Part shown: in pieces, positions 28,829 to 37,996 of the stretch
How positions within the stretch are numbered: position 1 is the first letter of the stretch
How the letters are laid out: each line of letters opens with the position of its first letter
NCBI GenBank assembly: GCA_963808235.1
Contig: CAWEEQ010000004.1
Span: forward strand, 2,272,001 to 2,336,000
DNA from: an uncultured delta proteobacterium
GTDB lineage: Bacteria > Desulfobacterota > Binatia > Binatales > Binataceae
Length of the DNA stretch: 64,000 nucleotides
Direction: 5' to 3'
The notes under the pieces: model-generated
Told to the model about the DNA's origin: nothing
Database searches by the model: none
What the model saw: the letters and a program-made list of their open reading frames with translations, nothing else
Translations under genes and position numbers: made by a program

Positions 28829-29538
28829 ATGGCGAATGAAGACGTCGTCAGCCGTGAAGTGACCTATCCTGGCCGCGCGTGCGCCATGAAAGCATTTGTG
28901 GTCGAGCCCGCCAAAACGACGGCGCGCGTCCGGCGGTAATCGTGGTCCAGGAATGGTGGGGACTGAATGAACATATCCGCGACGTCGCGCGGCGCCTGGC
29001 GCGCGAAGGATATTTTACGATCGCGCCGGACCTGTACTCGCGCCAGGGGCACAAGGTTGCGACCGAGCCGAACCTCGCTGCGCAGCTCATGGGCGGGCTC
29101 AAGAAGGAAAACGGTATCGCGGATCTGCAGACCACGATCGAATGGCTGCGCGCACAGAAACAAGCCCAATCGGCGCGAATCGGCATCACCGGATTCTGCA
29201 TGGGCGGCAGCTACGCGACGCTGCTGCCGTGCGAGAGCCGCGAAATTTCTGCGGCAGCGCCGTTTTACGGCGAAATTCCTTCCGATGACAAACTTCAGAA
29301 TCTCGGCTGCCCGATCTTTTATGCCTACGGAGAGAACGACGGCTGGATTCAGCGGATAGACGTCGATCGATTGGCGGGCGCGCTGAAGGAGTTCGACAAG
29401 CGCGGCGAGGTCAAAGTCTACAAGGGATGCTCGCATGGATTCTTCAACGACACTCGCCCTGACGTCTATCGTGCCGCCGAGGCAAAGGATGCGTGGGCGC
29501 ACACGCTCAAGCTGTTCGCCGAAAATTTGAAGGCGTAA
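28829..29538 (+). CDS. Dienelactone hydrolase family protein, with apparent 1-nt frameshift near 28912
   Basis: QEWWGLN, GFCMGG, HGFFND; N-terminal MANEDVVSREVTYPG...MKAFVVEPAK (RBS gaggtgg) is in another frame and is joined by adding one A to gccaaaacgac. Confidence 0.85.
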
Positions 29539-29574
29539 TCCGCTGCACACCTTGCTGGCGCGCTAACTTCTTTG

Positions 29575-29648
29575 TGTCATTCTGAGCGCAGCGAAGAAAC
29601 CCGAATCTTTCTCGGCGCAGAACACTTCGACTCACTGAGGGCATGCGA
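29575..29648. repeat. Decayed REP-like palindromic element
   Basis: Left arm TGTCATTCTGAGCGCAGCGAAG, degenerate right arm starting cttcg near 29625; lies between convergent genes. Confidence 0.45.
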
Positions 29649-29666
29649 AGCCGAGTTGCTCCGAAT

Positions 29667-31556
29667 TCAATCGATTCCCAGCAGCGCCGGATCGAGGTCC
29701 GGAGCGCTCAGATAGACGAGTCGCCCCTCGTCGGACGGGCGCTCCCGGAGCCATCGTGCGACGATGCTCATAGCCTCCAGCTCTCCGCGCTCGACGGGCT
29801 TCAGGTTGAATCGCTCGTAGTTGTTCGCGACGAACGCCGCGACTTCTTGCGCCGCGCCCGCGCCGTCCAACTTCCGCGTCATCGCGAGTCGCCCAGCCAG
29901 CACCACGTGCGCCGCGCGATCGCCATTCTCACCGGTGACTATCGCCAGGTTGTTTTCCGTGACCACCTGGCTAAGACGAGTCGCGCGATGAGCGAGCGTG
30001 GTCAGCGCTTCGAGATCGCGGCGGAACCGCCCCGCCTCCTCGAAGCGCATCGCGGCGGCCGCATGGTCGCGTGCTCTCGCCATCTCGCCGAGGAGCGGGC
30101 CAGCGCGCCCGCGCAGAAATCCGACCGCGCGCCGTACTCTCTCGCCATACGCGTCGACGCCGATGCTCACATTGCACGGCGCCGTGCAGTGACCCATCTG
30201 CCCATAGATGCACGGTGAAAAGTCTTCATGCGGTTTGAGCCTTCCCGAGCAAGTACGAAGCCCGAGGATTCGCGACAGCGCGCGAACAGAGTGATCGAGG
30301 CTCCGCCGTCCGATGAACGGCCCAAGATGCATCACGCCGCGCCGCGTGGTCATCTTGGTCGAGGTCGTCACGCGCGGAAACTCGTCCATCATGTCGAGCT
30401 TGATAAAATACGCCGGCGCCGCCGACTTGAGCTGCCGGTTGAACGGCGGCTTGAGCTCGCGGATGAGCCGCGCTTCGTCGAGCGCCGCCTCGAGCGCCGA
30501 GCGCGTCGTCCGCGTCTCGATCTTGTACACGTGCGAGATTAGGTCGGCCGTCTTGGCGCTCACCGACGCTGAGAAGTACGACCCCACCCGCTCCCTGAGC
30601 CGTCGCGCCTTCCCGATATAGAGTAGGTCGCCGCGCTCATTGCGCATCAGGTACACGCCGGGCGCGAGCGGAAGTGCCACCACCTCCTCTGGCGTGACGT
30701 GACGCTCGATTCGCCGGCCCGCGATTCCGCGATGATGGTCGTCGAGCAGCCGATCGAGCCGCGTGATTCCCATCTTCTCCGCGATGTCGATAAAAATCGA
30801 AAGTATCTCCGCCGCCATCCGCGCGTCGCCGAGTCCGCGATGCCGCCCGTCGAGCGACAGCCCGAAGTGACCCGCGAGCAAGTCGAGGCGCCGGCGCTTG
30901 AGGGACGGCATGTAGCGCCGCGACATCCGGAGCGTGCACAGAACCGGATTGGCGAGGCCGATTCCGAAGATGCGCCGGAATTCGAAGTTGAGAAAGCCGA
31001 AGTCGAACGCTGCGTTGTGCGCGACCATCACGCGGTCGCCCATGAAGTCGCGAAACGCGGGCAACACCTCTTCAATAGGTGGCGCCTCGCGAACCATCTC
31101 GGTGGTGATCGACGTGAGCCCCGTGATAAATCGCGGCACCACTCCGCCCTGCGGACGCACTAGGGTCTGGAATGATTCGGTCAGCCTCCGTCCGACCATC
31201 CGGTATGCGCCGATCTCGATAATGTTGCCGGGACCAGCGCGTCCGCCGGTGGTTTCCAGGTCAACGACGGTGAACTCTGCCTCGCTCAGCGGGACGCGCA
31301 GCCGATCGCTCTGCCGCAGCCGCCACTGTGCGTTCTCGGAATCGAAAGCGAAATTAGGATCGCCGGCCAGGATTTGCGCAACGATCCGCGCGCCCAACTC
31401 GGGATCCGAGCCCGCGCCGCTAAAGAGAAGATCGACCAATTCTCCGGCGTCGGCGCCCGCCGGCCGCGAGCACAGAAACTGGTAGAGCTTCTGCTTCGTC
31501 GAAACCCCAAAATCGCGATGATTCCCGCCCGGAACTATCCCTTCTTCCACCGCCAA
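29667..31556 (-). CDS. DEDDh 3'-5' exonuclease (DnaQ-like) fused to UvrC-like GIY-YIG endonuclease
   Basis: VDLETTG, AHNAAFD, HRGLGDA; PGVYLM...LYIGKA..LRERVGSYF, KPPFN; Cys cluster; UVR-like MRFEEAGRFR. Confidence 0.9.
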   Translation of the reverse strand: MAVEEGIVPGGNHRDFGVSTKQKLYQFLCSRPAGADAGELVDLLFSGAGSDPELGARIVAQILAGDPNFAFDSENAQWRLRQSDRLRVPLSEAEFTVVDLETTGGRAGPGNIIEIGAYRMVGRRLTESFQTLVRPQGGVVPRFITGLTSITTEMVREAPPIEEVLPAFRDFMGDRVMVAHNAAFDFGFLNFEFRRIFGIGLANPVLCTLRMSRRYMPSLKRRRLDLLAGHFGLSLDGRHRGLGDARMAAEILSIFIDIAEKMGITRLDRLLDDHHRGIAGRRIERHVTPEEVVALPLAPGVYLMRNERGDLLYIGKARRLRERVGSYFSASVSAKTADLISHVYKIETRTTRSALEAALDEARLIRELKPPFNRQLKSAAPAYFIKLDMMDEFPRVTTSTKMTTRRGVMHLGPFIGRRSLDHSVRALSRILGLRTCSGRLKPHEDFSPCIYGQMGHCTAPCNVSIGVDAYGERVRRAVGFLRGRAGPLLGEMARARDHAAAAMRFEEAGRFRRDLEALTTLAHRATRLSQVVTENNLAIVTGENGDRAAHVVLAGRLAMTRKLDGAGAAQEVAAFVANNYERFNLKPVERGELEAMSIVARWLRERPSDEGRLVYLSAPDLDPALLGID

Positions 31557-31657
31557 CTCCCCTTCGTCCTTTGTTCGCTTTAGCAGGGACTGCGCGTCTC
31601 GGCAATGTCTTTCGGCAACGTCCGCCGCATCGCGAATCGTGTATAAGTGACGATTCG

Positions 31658-32353
31658 ATGCGTACCGATAGCGACGAACTCGCCCGTTACGTCACGGCGG
31701 AACTTCGCCGTCTTGCCGATCCCGCGAAAGCGCCGGCGATGGCGGCCTACATGAAAACCGCGCAAGCGTTCTACGGCGTGCAGACTCCAGCTCGCGCCAT
31801 CATCATGCGCGAGACTCGCGATCGATTCGTGCCGAACGCCGATAAATCGTACCAACGCAATGTACTCGCACTATGGAAGCTGCCCCATCGCGAGGAGCAA
31901 TACTGCGCGATCGCGTATGCGCGGCAGCATCCGCGATTTACCACGCCGGCCGCACTCCCGCTCTACGAGCGCATGATCCGCGAAGGAGCGTGGTGGGACT
32001 TTGTCGATGAGATCGCGATTAACCTGGTCGGCGCCGTGTTCGGAAATTTCCGCGCGAAGACCCGCCCCATCATCCAGCGATGGATCGACGACCCCGATAT
32101 GTGGATTCGGCGCACCGCCCTGCTCTCACATATGAAGCACAAAGATCAGACCGACGCGGCACTGTTATTCGATCACTGCCTCCGGCGCGCGGGTGAGAGC
32201 GAGTTTTTCATTCGCAAAGCGATTGGATGGGCGCTTCGCGAATACAGCAAGACCGACCCGCGCGCGGTTCGCGCGTTCCTCAAGAAGAACCGCAAACGGT
32301 TGTCGCGCCTCAGCTTCGACGAAGGCTCGAAGCATCTCGCACGCGCGAAGTGA
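31658..32353 (+). CDS. DNA alkylation repair glycosylase (AlkD-like)
   Basis: MAAYMK, WWDFVD, WIRRTA, EFFIRKAIGWALREYSKTDP. Confidence 0.9.
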   Translation: MRTDSDELARYVTAELRRLADPAKAPAMAAYMKTAQAFYGVQTPARAIIMRETRDRFVPNADKSYQRNVLALWKLPHREEQYCAIAYARQHPRFTTPAALPLYERMIREGAWWDFVDEIAINLVGAVFGNFRAKTRPIIQRWIDDPDMWIRRTALLSHMKHKDQTDAALLFDHCLRRAGESEFFIRKAIGWALREYSKTDPRAVRAFLKKNRKRLSRLSFDEGSKHLARAK

Positions 32354-32376
32354 TCTCACTCAAACGAAAATGTGCG

Positions 32377-32670
32377 TCAGGCAACCGCCTTGATGATCTT
32401 TCTATACTCGTCCTCGCTGAATGCGCGATGCGTCTCGGTGCGCACGTTGCCCTGCGCGCCAACCGTCAGCGCAAGCTGGGCCATCACGTCGTCGTTGGGC
32501 GCCTCGACGATAAACATCGAATCGTACTGACCCATCAGCGAGTAGAAATCCTTCACCTTGGCGCCGTGCTGATGAAAGGTCTTCTTCGCCGCGTCAACCC
32601 GGTCGGGCGACCCGCGCAAATGATCGAGTCCCTGGTGAGTTAGATGAAAAAAGACAACGTATGTAGGCAT
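32377..32670 (-). CDS. GYD-domain protein
   Basis: FYSLMGQYD, GNVRTETHRAF. Confidence 0.88.
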   Translation of the reverse strand: MPTYVVFFHLTHQGLDHLRGSPDRVDAAKKTFHQHGAKVKDFYSLMGQYDSMFIVEAPNDDVMAQLALTVGAQGNVRTETHRAFSEDEYRKIIKAVA

Positions 32671-32799
32671 CGCAAAATCACCTCCGCGCTATTTCTGCAA
32701 ATATTCCAAACCACGAAGTTCCCGGCAAACCGTTTCCCGCGATTGTTCCCCTTCCAGGGAAGAGGCATCCTGCCGATCGACCATGCCACGGTCTGATTC

Positions 32800-33126
32800 C
32801 TAGTTGCCCTTGAGGCGCGGATCGTCCTTCGCAATACACGCTGAATGCCACGCATTATCGAAATTGTCGTTGTCAGCCATCTCCTGCTCTAAGGCCTTTT
32901 GGTTGTGCGAAATGTTAGCTCGCTGTTGGTCGGTCATGCTGTCGTACTGTCTAAGCTTGGCGGAGGATTGGTCTCGATACACGGTCTGGGCGGATTGGCA
33001 GGCTTCCGTTGAATCAAAAGAACGCCAAACGATCCATTCACTAAGCGGCGCATCGTCTTTCTTGTTCGGCGGGATCATCAGGTACCAGACCACAAGCGCG
33101 AGCGCGGCTGCGTGGCGGGATCTCAT
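32800..33126 (-). CDS. Exported two-Cys hypothetical protein (RHAAALAL..WYLM.PP family)
   Basis: MRSRHAAALALVVWYLMIPP; DAPLSEW...FDSTEAC...CIAKDDPRLK. Confidence 0.65.
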   Translation of the reverse strand: MRSRHAAALALVVWYLMIPPNKKDDAPLSEWIVWRSFDSTEACQSAQTVYRDQSSAKLRQYDSMTDQQRANISHNQKALEQEMADNDNFDNAWHSACIAKDDPRLKGN

Positions 33127-33257
33127 GTCGCCCTTGTAGCGCGAGCTTCGGGAAAGCGAAAGGCGTGGACATTTCGAGAGTCCACAATGCTCGGGCGTAT
33201 GGTGCCTATCGGCCAGTCGCGGTACAATTGTGGATCTGAGAAGGAAGGTATTTGCCA

Positions 33258-33794
33258 ATGGAACGCGTTGAATTGACCCGCGAGTGCGAAGGCGTGCAAG
33301 TCCCCGCCGGCAACACGATTAAACTCGAAAAAGGCATCGAAGCCTTTATCACTCAATCGCTCGGCGGAACTTTCACCGTCCAGGTGCCCGCATACGGCGG
33401 CCTGTTCCGAATCGCCGGCAAAGATGCTGACGCGCTCGGCAAGACACCGGCCGAAGCGGGCGGCGTCACGAGCGCGGGCGGCGATCTCGAAGCGATGGTC
33501 TGGGAGCAGCTCAAGACCTGCTTCGACCCGGAAATCCCAGTGAACATCGTGGACTTGGGGCTCGTGTACGGGATGGAAGTAAAGGACGCCGACGACGGCA
33601 CCAAGAAAGTCGAAATCAAGATGACGCTGACCGCGCAAGGCTGCGGCATGGGCGCATCGATCGCGATGGACGCCCGTCACAAGATCATGGGCCTCCCCGG
33701 CGTGTCGGAAGCCGACGTCGATCTGGTCTGGGATCCACCATGGACCCCGCAAATGATCTCGCCCGAAGGCCGCGAGCGCCTCGGGATTGACTGA
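33258..33794 (+). CDS. sufT: Fe-S cluster assembly protein SufT (DUF59)
   Basis: ITQSLGGTFTV, DPEIPVNIVDLGLVY, MTLTAQGCGMG, VWDPPW. Confidence 0.9.
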   Translation: MERVELTRECEGVQVPAGNTIKLEKGIEAFITQSLGGTFTVQVPAYGGLFRIAGKDADALGKTPAEAGGVTSAGGDLEAMVWEQLKTCFDPEIPVNIVDLGLVYGMEVKDADDGTKKVEIKMTLTAQGCGMGASIAMDARHKIMGLPGVSEADVDLVWDPPWTPQMISPEGRERLGID

Positions 33795-33800
33795 GCCCGC

Positions 33801-34283
33801 CTACTGCTTGTCGAAGACCAGCGCGGTCTTCGCGGTTTTGCCGTCTGGGTCTTTTCCCTTGGCCATGATCTTCAGGACCTTCCCATCCTTGGAGACCACG
33901 AGCCACGCCGTACGAACCACCGTTCCGCCCTTCTTGAGAGTCGCTTCCGTCTTGTTCGCGCTGATGCGCTTAAGTGCGATGGTATCGGCGCCGCCTGGCA
34001 CTCCTGTGCCGGTAGTCGGACTATCCTTGTCGTCGTAGTTCGCCGTGTAGCTCCATGAAGTGCTGGTCCCATCCGCGCCAGTCGCCTGCGAGGTGGACTT
34101 AATACCATCGCCCGCAACTTCCATCGTAAGCGTAAGACTCTTCGGCACGGGCCTCGGACTGTCCTTCGACTTTTCGGCGTTCATGTTCCACGTGCCGATT
34201 ATCGGATTGGTCTGGGCAAGCACGACTCCCTGCACCAGCACGGCCATCGCCACGACACTGACAAATCCTAAAACCCGCTTCAT
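33801..34283 (-). CDS. Exported beta-barrel (lipocalin-like) hypothetical protein
   Basis: RBS AGGAG; signal peptide; IIGTWNMNAEKS, VSKDGKVL, VFDKQ. Confidence 0.7.
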   Translation of the reverse strand: MKRVLGFVSVVAMAVLVQGVVLAQTNPIIGTWNMNAEKSKDSPRPVPKSLTLTMEVAGDGIKSTSQATGADGTSTSWSYTANYDDKDSPTTGTGVPGGADTIALKRISANKTEATLKKGGTVVRTAWLVVSKDGKVLKIMAKGKDPDGKTAKTALVFDKQ

Positions 34284-34406
34284 CGGAACTCTCCTCCTGA
34301 GTTTTCTCCAACTGAAATTTGACACTTCCCCAAGCCGCAAACGAAAAAGAACATAATTAAGTTCCGCGATCGCGGCAAGCGCGCCGACGCCTCTCGGAGT
34401 GATGCG

Positions 34407-34435
34407 TTGACATGCACCGATGGGTCCGATAATTT
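34407..34435 (+). promoter_or_regulatory. Sigma70 promoter of rplU-rpmA
   Basis: TTGACA-N17-TAATTT. Confidence 0.55.
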
Positions 34436-34453
34436 GACTCGTTCGGGCACATC

Positions 34454-34768
34454 ATGTTTGCAATCGTAAGGACAGGCGGAAAACAGTACCGCGTCGGCGT
34501 CGGCGACCAGATTACGGTCGAGCGGCTGGTCGGCGAGGTTGGCGCGGCGATATCGCTCGACGAGGTGTTGGCCGTCGGCGGCGAAGCGCCCCAGGTCGGC
34601 ACTCCGGTAATCGCGGGCGCATCGGTAACGGCGAAAATTCTCCAGCAGCCGCGCGGCACGAAAGTGATCGTGTTCAAGAAGAAGCGGCGCAAGAACTACC
34701 GCCGCAAACGCGGGCATCGGCAGGAACTTACAGTGCTGAAGATCGAGGAAATCTCCGCCGGCGCATAG
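34454..34768 (+). CDS. rplU: 50S ribosomal protein L21
   Basis: [30 protein letters not shown]. Confidence 0.98.
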   Translation: MFAIVRTGGKQYRVGVGDQITVERLVGEVGAAISLDEVLAVGGEAPQVGTPVIAGASVTAKILQQPRGTKVIVFKKKRRKNYRRKRGHRQELTVLKIEEISAGA

Positions 34769-34796
34769 CCCGGCGTTCATTTTAGGGAGACTCTCC

Positions 34797-35081
34797 GTGG
34801 CGCATAAGAAAGGACAAGGTTCGACGCGCAACGGCCGCGACAGTCCGGGCCAGCGCCGCGGAATCAAGATTTACGCGGGCCAGACCGTCAAGGCCGGCAA
34901 CATCATTATCCGCCAGCTCGGCACCCGGGTTCATCCGGGGCGCAACGTCGGGCTCGGGCGCGACTACACGATTTACGCGCTCATCGACGGTGTGGTTAAG
35001 TACGAACCGAAAGGCGAGAAGCGGCAGGTCAGTGTCGAGCCGCTTCCCGCAACCAGCGACACCGCAGGGGCGTCCGCATAG
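34797..35081 (+). CDS. rpmA: 50S ribosomal protein L27
   Basis: [22 protein letters not shown]. Confidence 0.98.
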   Translation: MAHKKGQGSTRNGRDSPGQRRGIKIYAGQTVKAGNIIIRQLGTRVHPGRNVGLGRDYTIYALIDGVVKYEPKGEKRQVSVEPLPATSDTAGASA

Positions 35082-35108
35082 GGACCATCATCCCGCAAGA
35101 TCGAATTG

Positions 35109-35143
35109 AAGCCCTGCGGTACGCCGTGGGGCTTTTTATTTTT
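35109..35143 (+). terminator. Rho-independent terminator
   Basis: aagccctgcgg-tacg-ccgtggggcttt followed by a T-tract. Confidence 0.85.
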
Positions 35144-35169
35144 GCCGAACCTGCTCAGGAGGAAATGCG

Positions 35170-36198
35170 ATGCGACTAGGCTTAATCACCGGTTATTCGG
35201 ACGCGCGGATGGGCTTGCCGATGGACACGATTCTCGAAGCCGAAAAAGCCGGCTTCGACTCGGTCTGGACCGCCGAGGCTTACGGCTCCGACGCGATCAC
35301 ACCGCTCGCGTGGATCGGCGCGCTTACCAAAAAGATTCGCCTCGGCACCGGTATCATGCAGATGCCCGCGCGCACCCCGGCAGCCACTGCGATGACCGCG
35401 ATGACGCTCGACGCGCTTTCCGGCGGACGCTTCATCCTCGGGATCGGACCGTCGGGGCCGCAGGTCGTAGAAGGATGGCACGGCGTGTCGTACGGCAAAC
35501 CGCTCCAGCGCACTCGCGAATATATTGAAATCGTGCGAACGATCCTTGCGCGCGAAGTTCCGCTCGAGCATCACGGCAAGGAATTCGACATCCCGTACAC
35601 CGGGCCGGGCGCCTCGGGCCTGGGCAAGCCGCTCAAGAGCATCCTGCACGGGCGCAAGGACATGCCGATCTACACCGCATCGATCAGTCCCAAGGGAATC
35701 GCGTTGGCGGCGGAAATCGCCGACGGCGTGATCCCAGTTTGGATGAATCCCGACCGGTGGGACATCTACGACGCGCCGGTTAAAGAAGGCTTCGCGAAAA
35801 GCGGCGGCCGCAAGAACATGGAGAATTTCGAAGTCGCGCCGTTCGTCACCTGCGTGATGGGCCCGGACCTCGAGAAATGCCGGATGCCGGTGAAGGGAAT
35901 GATGGCGCTTTATATCGGCGGGATGGGCGCGCGCAACAAAAATTTCTACAACGACTACGCCAAGCGTCTCGGCTACGAAAAAGAAGCGGTCCAGATCCAG
36001 GACCTGTTTCTTGCCGGCAAAAGGGCCGAGGCGATGGCGCTGGTGCCGGACAAGCTGGTCGACGAAGTCGCGCTGGTCGGGAACCGCGAGCGCATCGCGG
36101 ATCGTCTGAAGGCGTGGAAAGACTCGCCGGTCAAAACGATGTTGATCGGCACCGGCGACGTCAACACAGTCCGCGCCCTGGCGGAGATTTGTCTGTAG
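35170..36198 (+). CDS. LLM-class F420-dependent oxidoreductase (Rv3520c-like)
   Basis: WTAEAYGSDA, QMPARTPA, GPSGPQVVEGWHG, YIGGMGA. Confidence 0.9.
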   Translation: MRLGLITGYSDARMGLPMDTILEAEKAGFDSVWTAEAYGSDAITPLAWIGALTKKIRLGTGIMQMPARTPAATAMTAMTLDALSGGRFILGIGPSGPQVVEGWHGVSYGKPLQRTREYIEIVRTILAREVPLEHHGKEFDIPYTGPGASGLGKPLKSILHGRKDMPIYTASISPKGIALAAEIADGVIPVWMNPDRWDIYDAPVKEGFAKSGGRKNMENFEVAPFVTCVMGPDLEKCRMPVKGMMALYIGGMGARNKNFYNDYAKRLGYEKEAVQIQDLFLAGKRAEAMALVPDKLVDEVALVGNRERIADRLKAWKDSPVKTMLIGTGDVNTVRALAEICL

Positions 36199-36244
36199 GC
36201 GTCTGCTGGCACTGACGCGCCGGCATCGCGGTTGGCTTCGCAGG

Positions 36245-36273
36245 TTGACGCCTGTCGCGCGACAGGCGATGAT
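36245..36273 (+). promoter_or_regulatory. higBA promoter with 20-bp perfect palindromic operator
   Basis: TTGACG-N17-GATGAT; CGCCTGTCGC|GCGACAGGCG at 36249-36268. Confidence 0.65.
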
Positions 36274-36568
36274 TGTGCTGAATGGGTTAATCCGTTCGAT
36301 TCGGCACAGAGGGTTGAGGCGGCTGTACGAGAGCGGAGACGGTCGGGATCTGCCGGCGGCCCAGGTGGAGAAAATCTCGGACATTTTGCTGGCGATCGAC
36401 GAAGCGGCGCACGCGAAAGAAGTCGGATTGTTCCCAGGCTGGCGGCTGCATCCGTTGAAAGGGAACCTGAAGGGTTTTTGGAGCGTCACTGTGAGCGGAA
36501 ACTGGCGAGTAATCTTCCGGTTTGAGGAGGGTGACGCCTTCGACCTTGATTTTGTTGACTATCATTGA
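36269..36568 (+). CDS. higB: HigB/RelE-family toxin (start uncertain)
   Basis: IRSIRHRGLRRLYE, PGWRLHPLKGNLKGFWSVTVSGNWRVIFRF, DYH. Confidence 0.88.
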   Translation: MIVLNGLIRSIRHRGLRRLYESGDGRDLPAAQVEKISDILLAIDEAAHAKEVGLFPGWRLHPLKGNLKGFWSVTVSGNWRVIFRFEEGDAFDLDFVDYH

Positions 36569-36585
36569 AGGAGTCATTGGAAATT

Positions 36586-36969
36586 ATGGCGATGAAGAGT
36601 CCACCGCACGTCGGCGGTTTAATCCGACGTCAGGTGATCGATCCTCTCGGATTGTCAGTAACCGAAGCCGCGAAGGTCCTCGGGGTCGGGCGGCAGGCGC
36701 TTTCGAGCCTGCTGAACGGGAAGACGGCTCTTACCACCAAGATGGGCTTGCGGGTCGAGAAAGCGTTTGGGCCGAAGATGGAGCACTTGATGCGAATGCA
36801 GCTTGCTTTCGATTTGGCTCAGGCACGTAAAGGGGAGCGCGGAGTGCGCGTAGAGCGCTACGTTGCGAAAAGAGACGCGAATCATCCGGGACGGCGCCGC
36901 AAAAAAGGTGCGCGGCGAATGGAGAGGCCGACCCGGAGTGACCGGGCGGCGCGACGGCTGATACTATGA
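36586..36969 (+). CDS. higA: HigA-family antitoxin (HTH)
   Basis: MKSPPHVG, LGLSVTEAAKVLGVGRQALSSLLNGK, MRMQLAFDL. Confidence 0.9.
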   Translation: MAMKSPPHVGGLIRRQVIDPLGLSVTEAAKVLGVGRQALSSLLNGKTALTTKMGLRVEKAFGPKMEHLMRMQLAFDLAQARKGERGVRVERYVAKRDANHPGRRRKKGARRMERPTRSDRAARRLIL

Positions 36970-36982
36970 CGGTTGCGCCGCC

Positions 36983-37996
36983 ATGCGATTTATTGATGAA
37001 GCCAGGGTGTTTGTGCACGCCGGAAAGGGCGGCGACGGTGCGATTGCGTTTCTGCGCGAAAAATTTAGGCCCTTCGGCGGGCCTGCCGGCGGCAACGGCG
37101 GGCGCGGCGGCAGCGTTGTCTTCCAGGTAGACGAAGGGCTTTCGACGCTGCTCGATTTCAAGTACCAGCCGCGGTTAATCGCGAAGGACGGCGAGTCGGG
37201 TCGCGGCAAGGAACAGTACGGACACGGCGCCGACGACATCTTGGTGCGGGTGCCTCCCGGCACGATCGTCTTCGATGAGGAAACCGGCGACACGCTGGCC
37301 GACCTCGTGATGCCGGGCGACAAAGCGATCATCGCGCAGGGTGGCGAGGGCGGCCGCGGCAACATGCATTTCGCCTCGTCGACGCGGCGCTCACCGAAAA
37401 TTGCGACGCCGGGCACAGCCGGCGAACAGCGATGGATCCGGATGGAACTCCGGCTGGTCGCTGAGGCCGGCCTCGTGGGACTTCCGAACGCGGGCAAATC
37501 GACGCTGCTCACCGCGCTCAGCGCGGCGCGGCCGAAGATTGCGTCGTACCCGTTCACGACGCTCGCGCCGAATATCGGCCGGGTGTCGATCTCCGACGCT
37601 GAAAGCTTCACCCTCGCCGATATTCCGGGGCTGATCGAAGGGGCGCATCGCGGGCTCGGACTCGGGATCCGTTTTCTGCGTCATCTCGCGCGCACGCGGC
37701 TTATCGTTTACGTGCTCGACGTGGCCGAGAATCCCGACGCGGCGTTCGACACGGTGCGCGGTGAAATCGCGGCGTTCGATCCGGCGCTCGCGGATCGGCC
37801 GGCGCTGATTGCGCTCAACAAGATCGATCTCGTGAGCTCTGACGAGGCGGACAAAACTGCGCGCAAACTCCGCAAACGTACCCGGCTCGAAGTGTTCCCG
37901 ATTTCCGCCGACCGCGCAGAAGGTCTGGCGCCGCTGGTCGACGCGATCGCGCGGACGCTGCATCAGATGGATCAACCGGCGGCATGTCCCAGCTGA
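36983..37996 (+). CDS. obgE: GTPase ObgE/CgtA
   Basis: FIDEA, GKGGDG, GLPNAGKST, YPFTTL, DIPGLIEGA, NKID. Confidence 0.96.
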   Translation: MRFIDEARVFVHAGKGGDGAIAFLREKFRPFGGPAGGNGGRGGSVVFQVDEGLSTLLDFKYQPRLIAKDGESGRGKEQYGHGADDILVRVPPGTIVFDEETGDTLADLVMPGDKAIIAQGGEGGRGNMHFASSTRRSPKIATPGTAGEQRWIRMELRLVAEAGLVGLPNAGKSTLLTALSAARPKIASYPFTTLAPNIGRVSISDAESFTLADIPGLIEGAHRGLGLGIRFLRHLARTRLIVYVLDVAENPDAAFDTVRGEIAAFDPALADRPALIALNKIDLVSSDEADKTARKLRKRTRLEVFPISADRAEGLAPLVDAIARTLHQMDQPAACPS

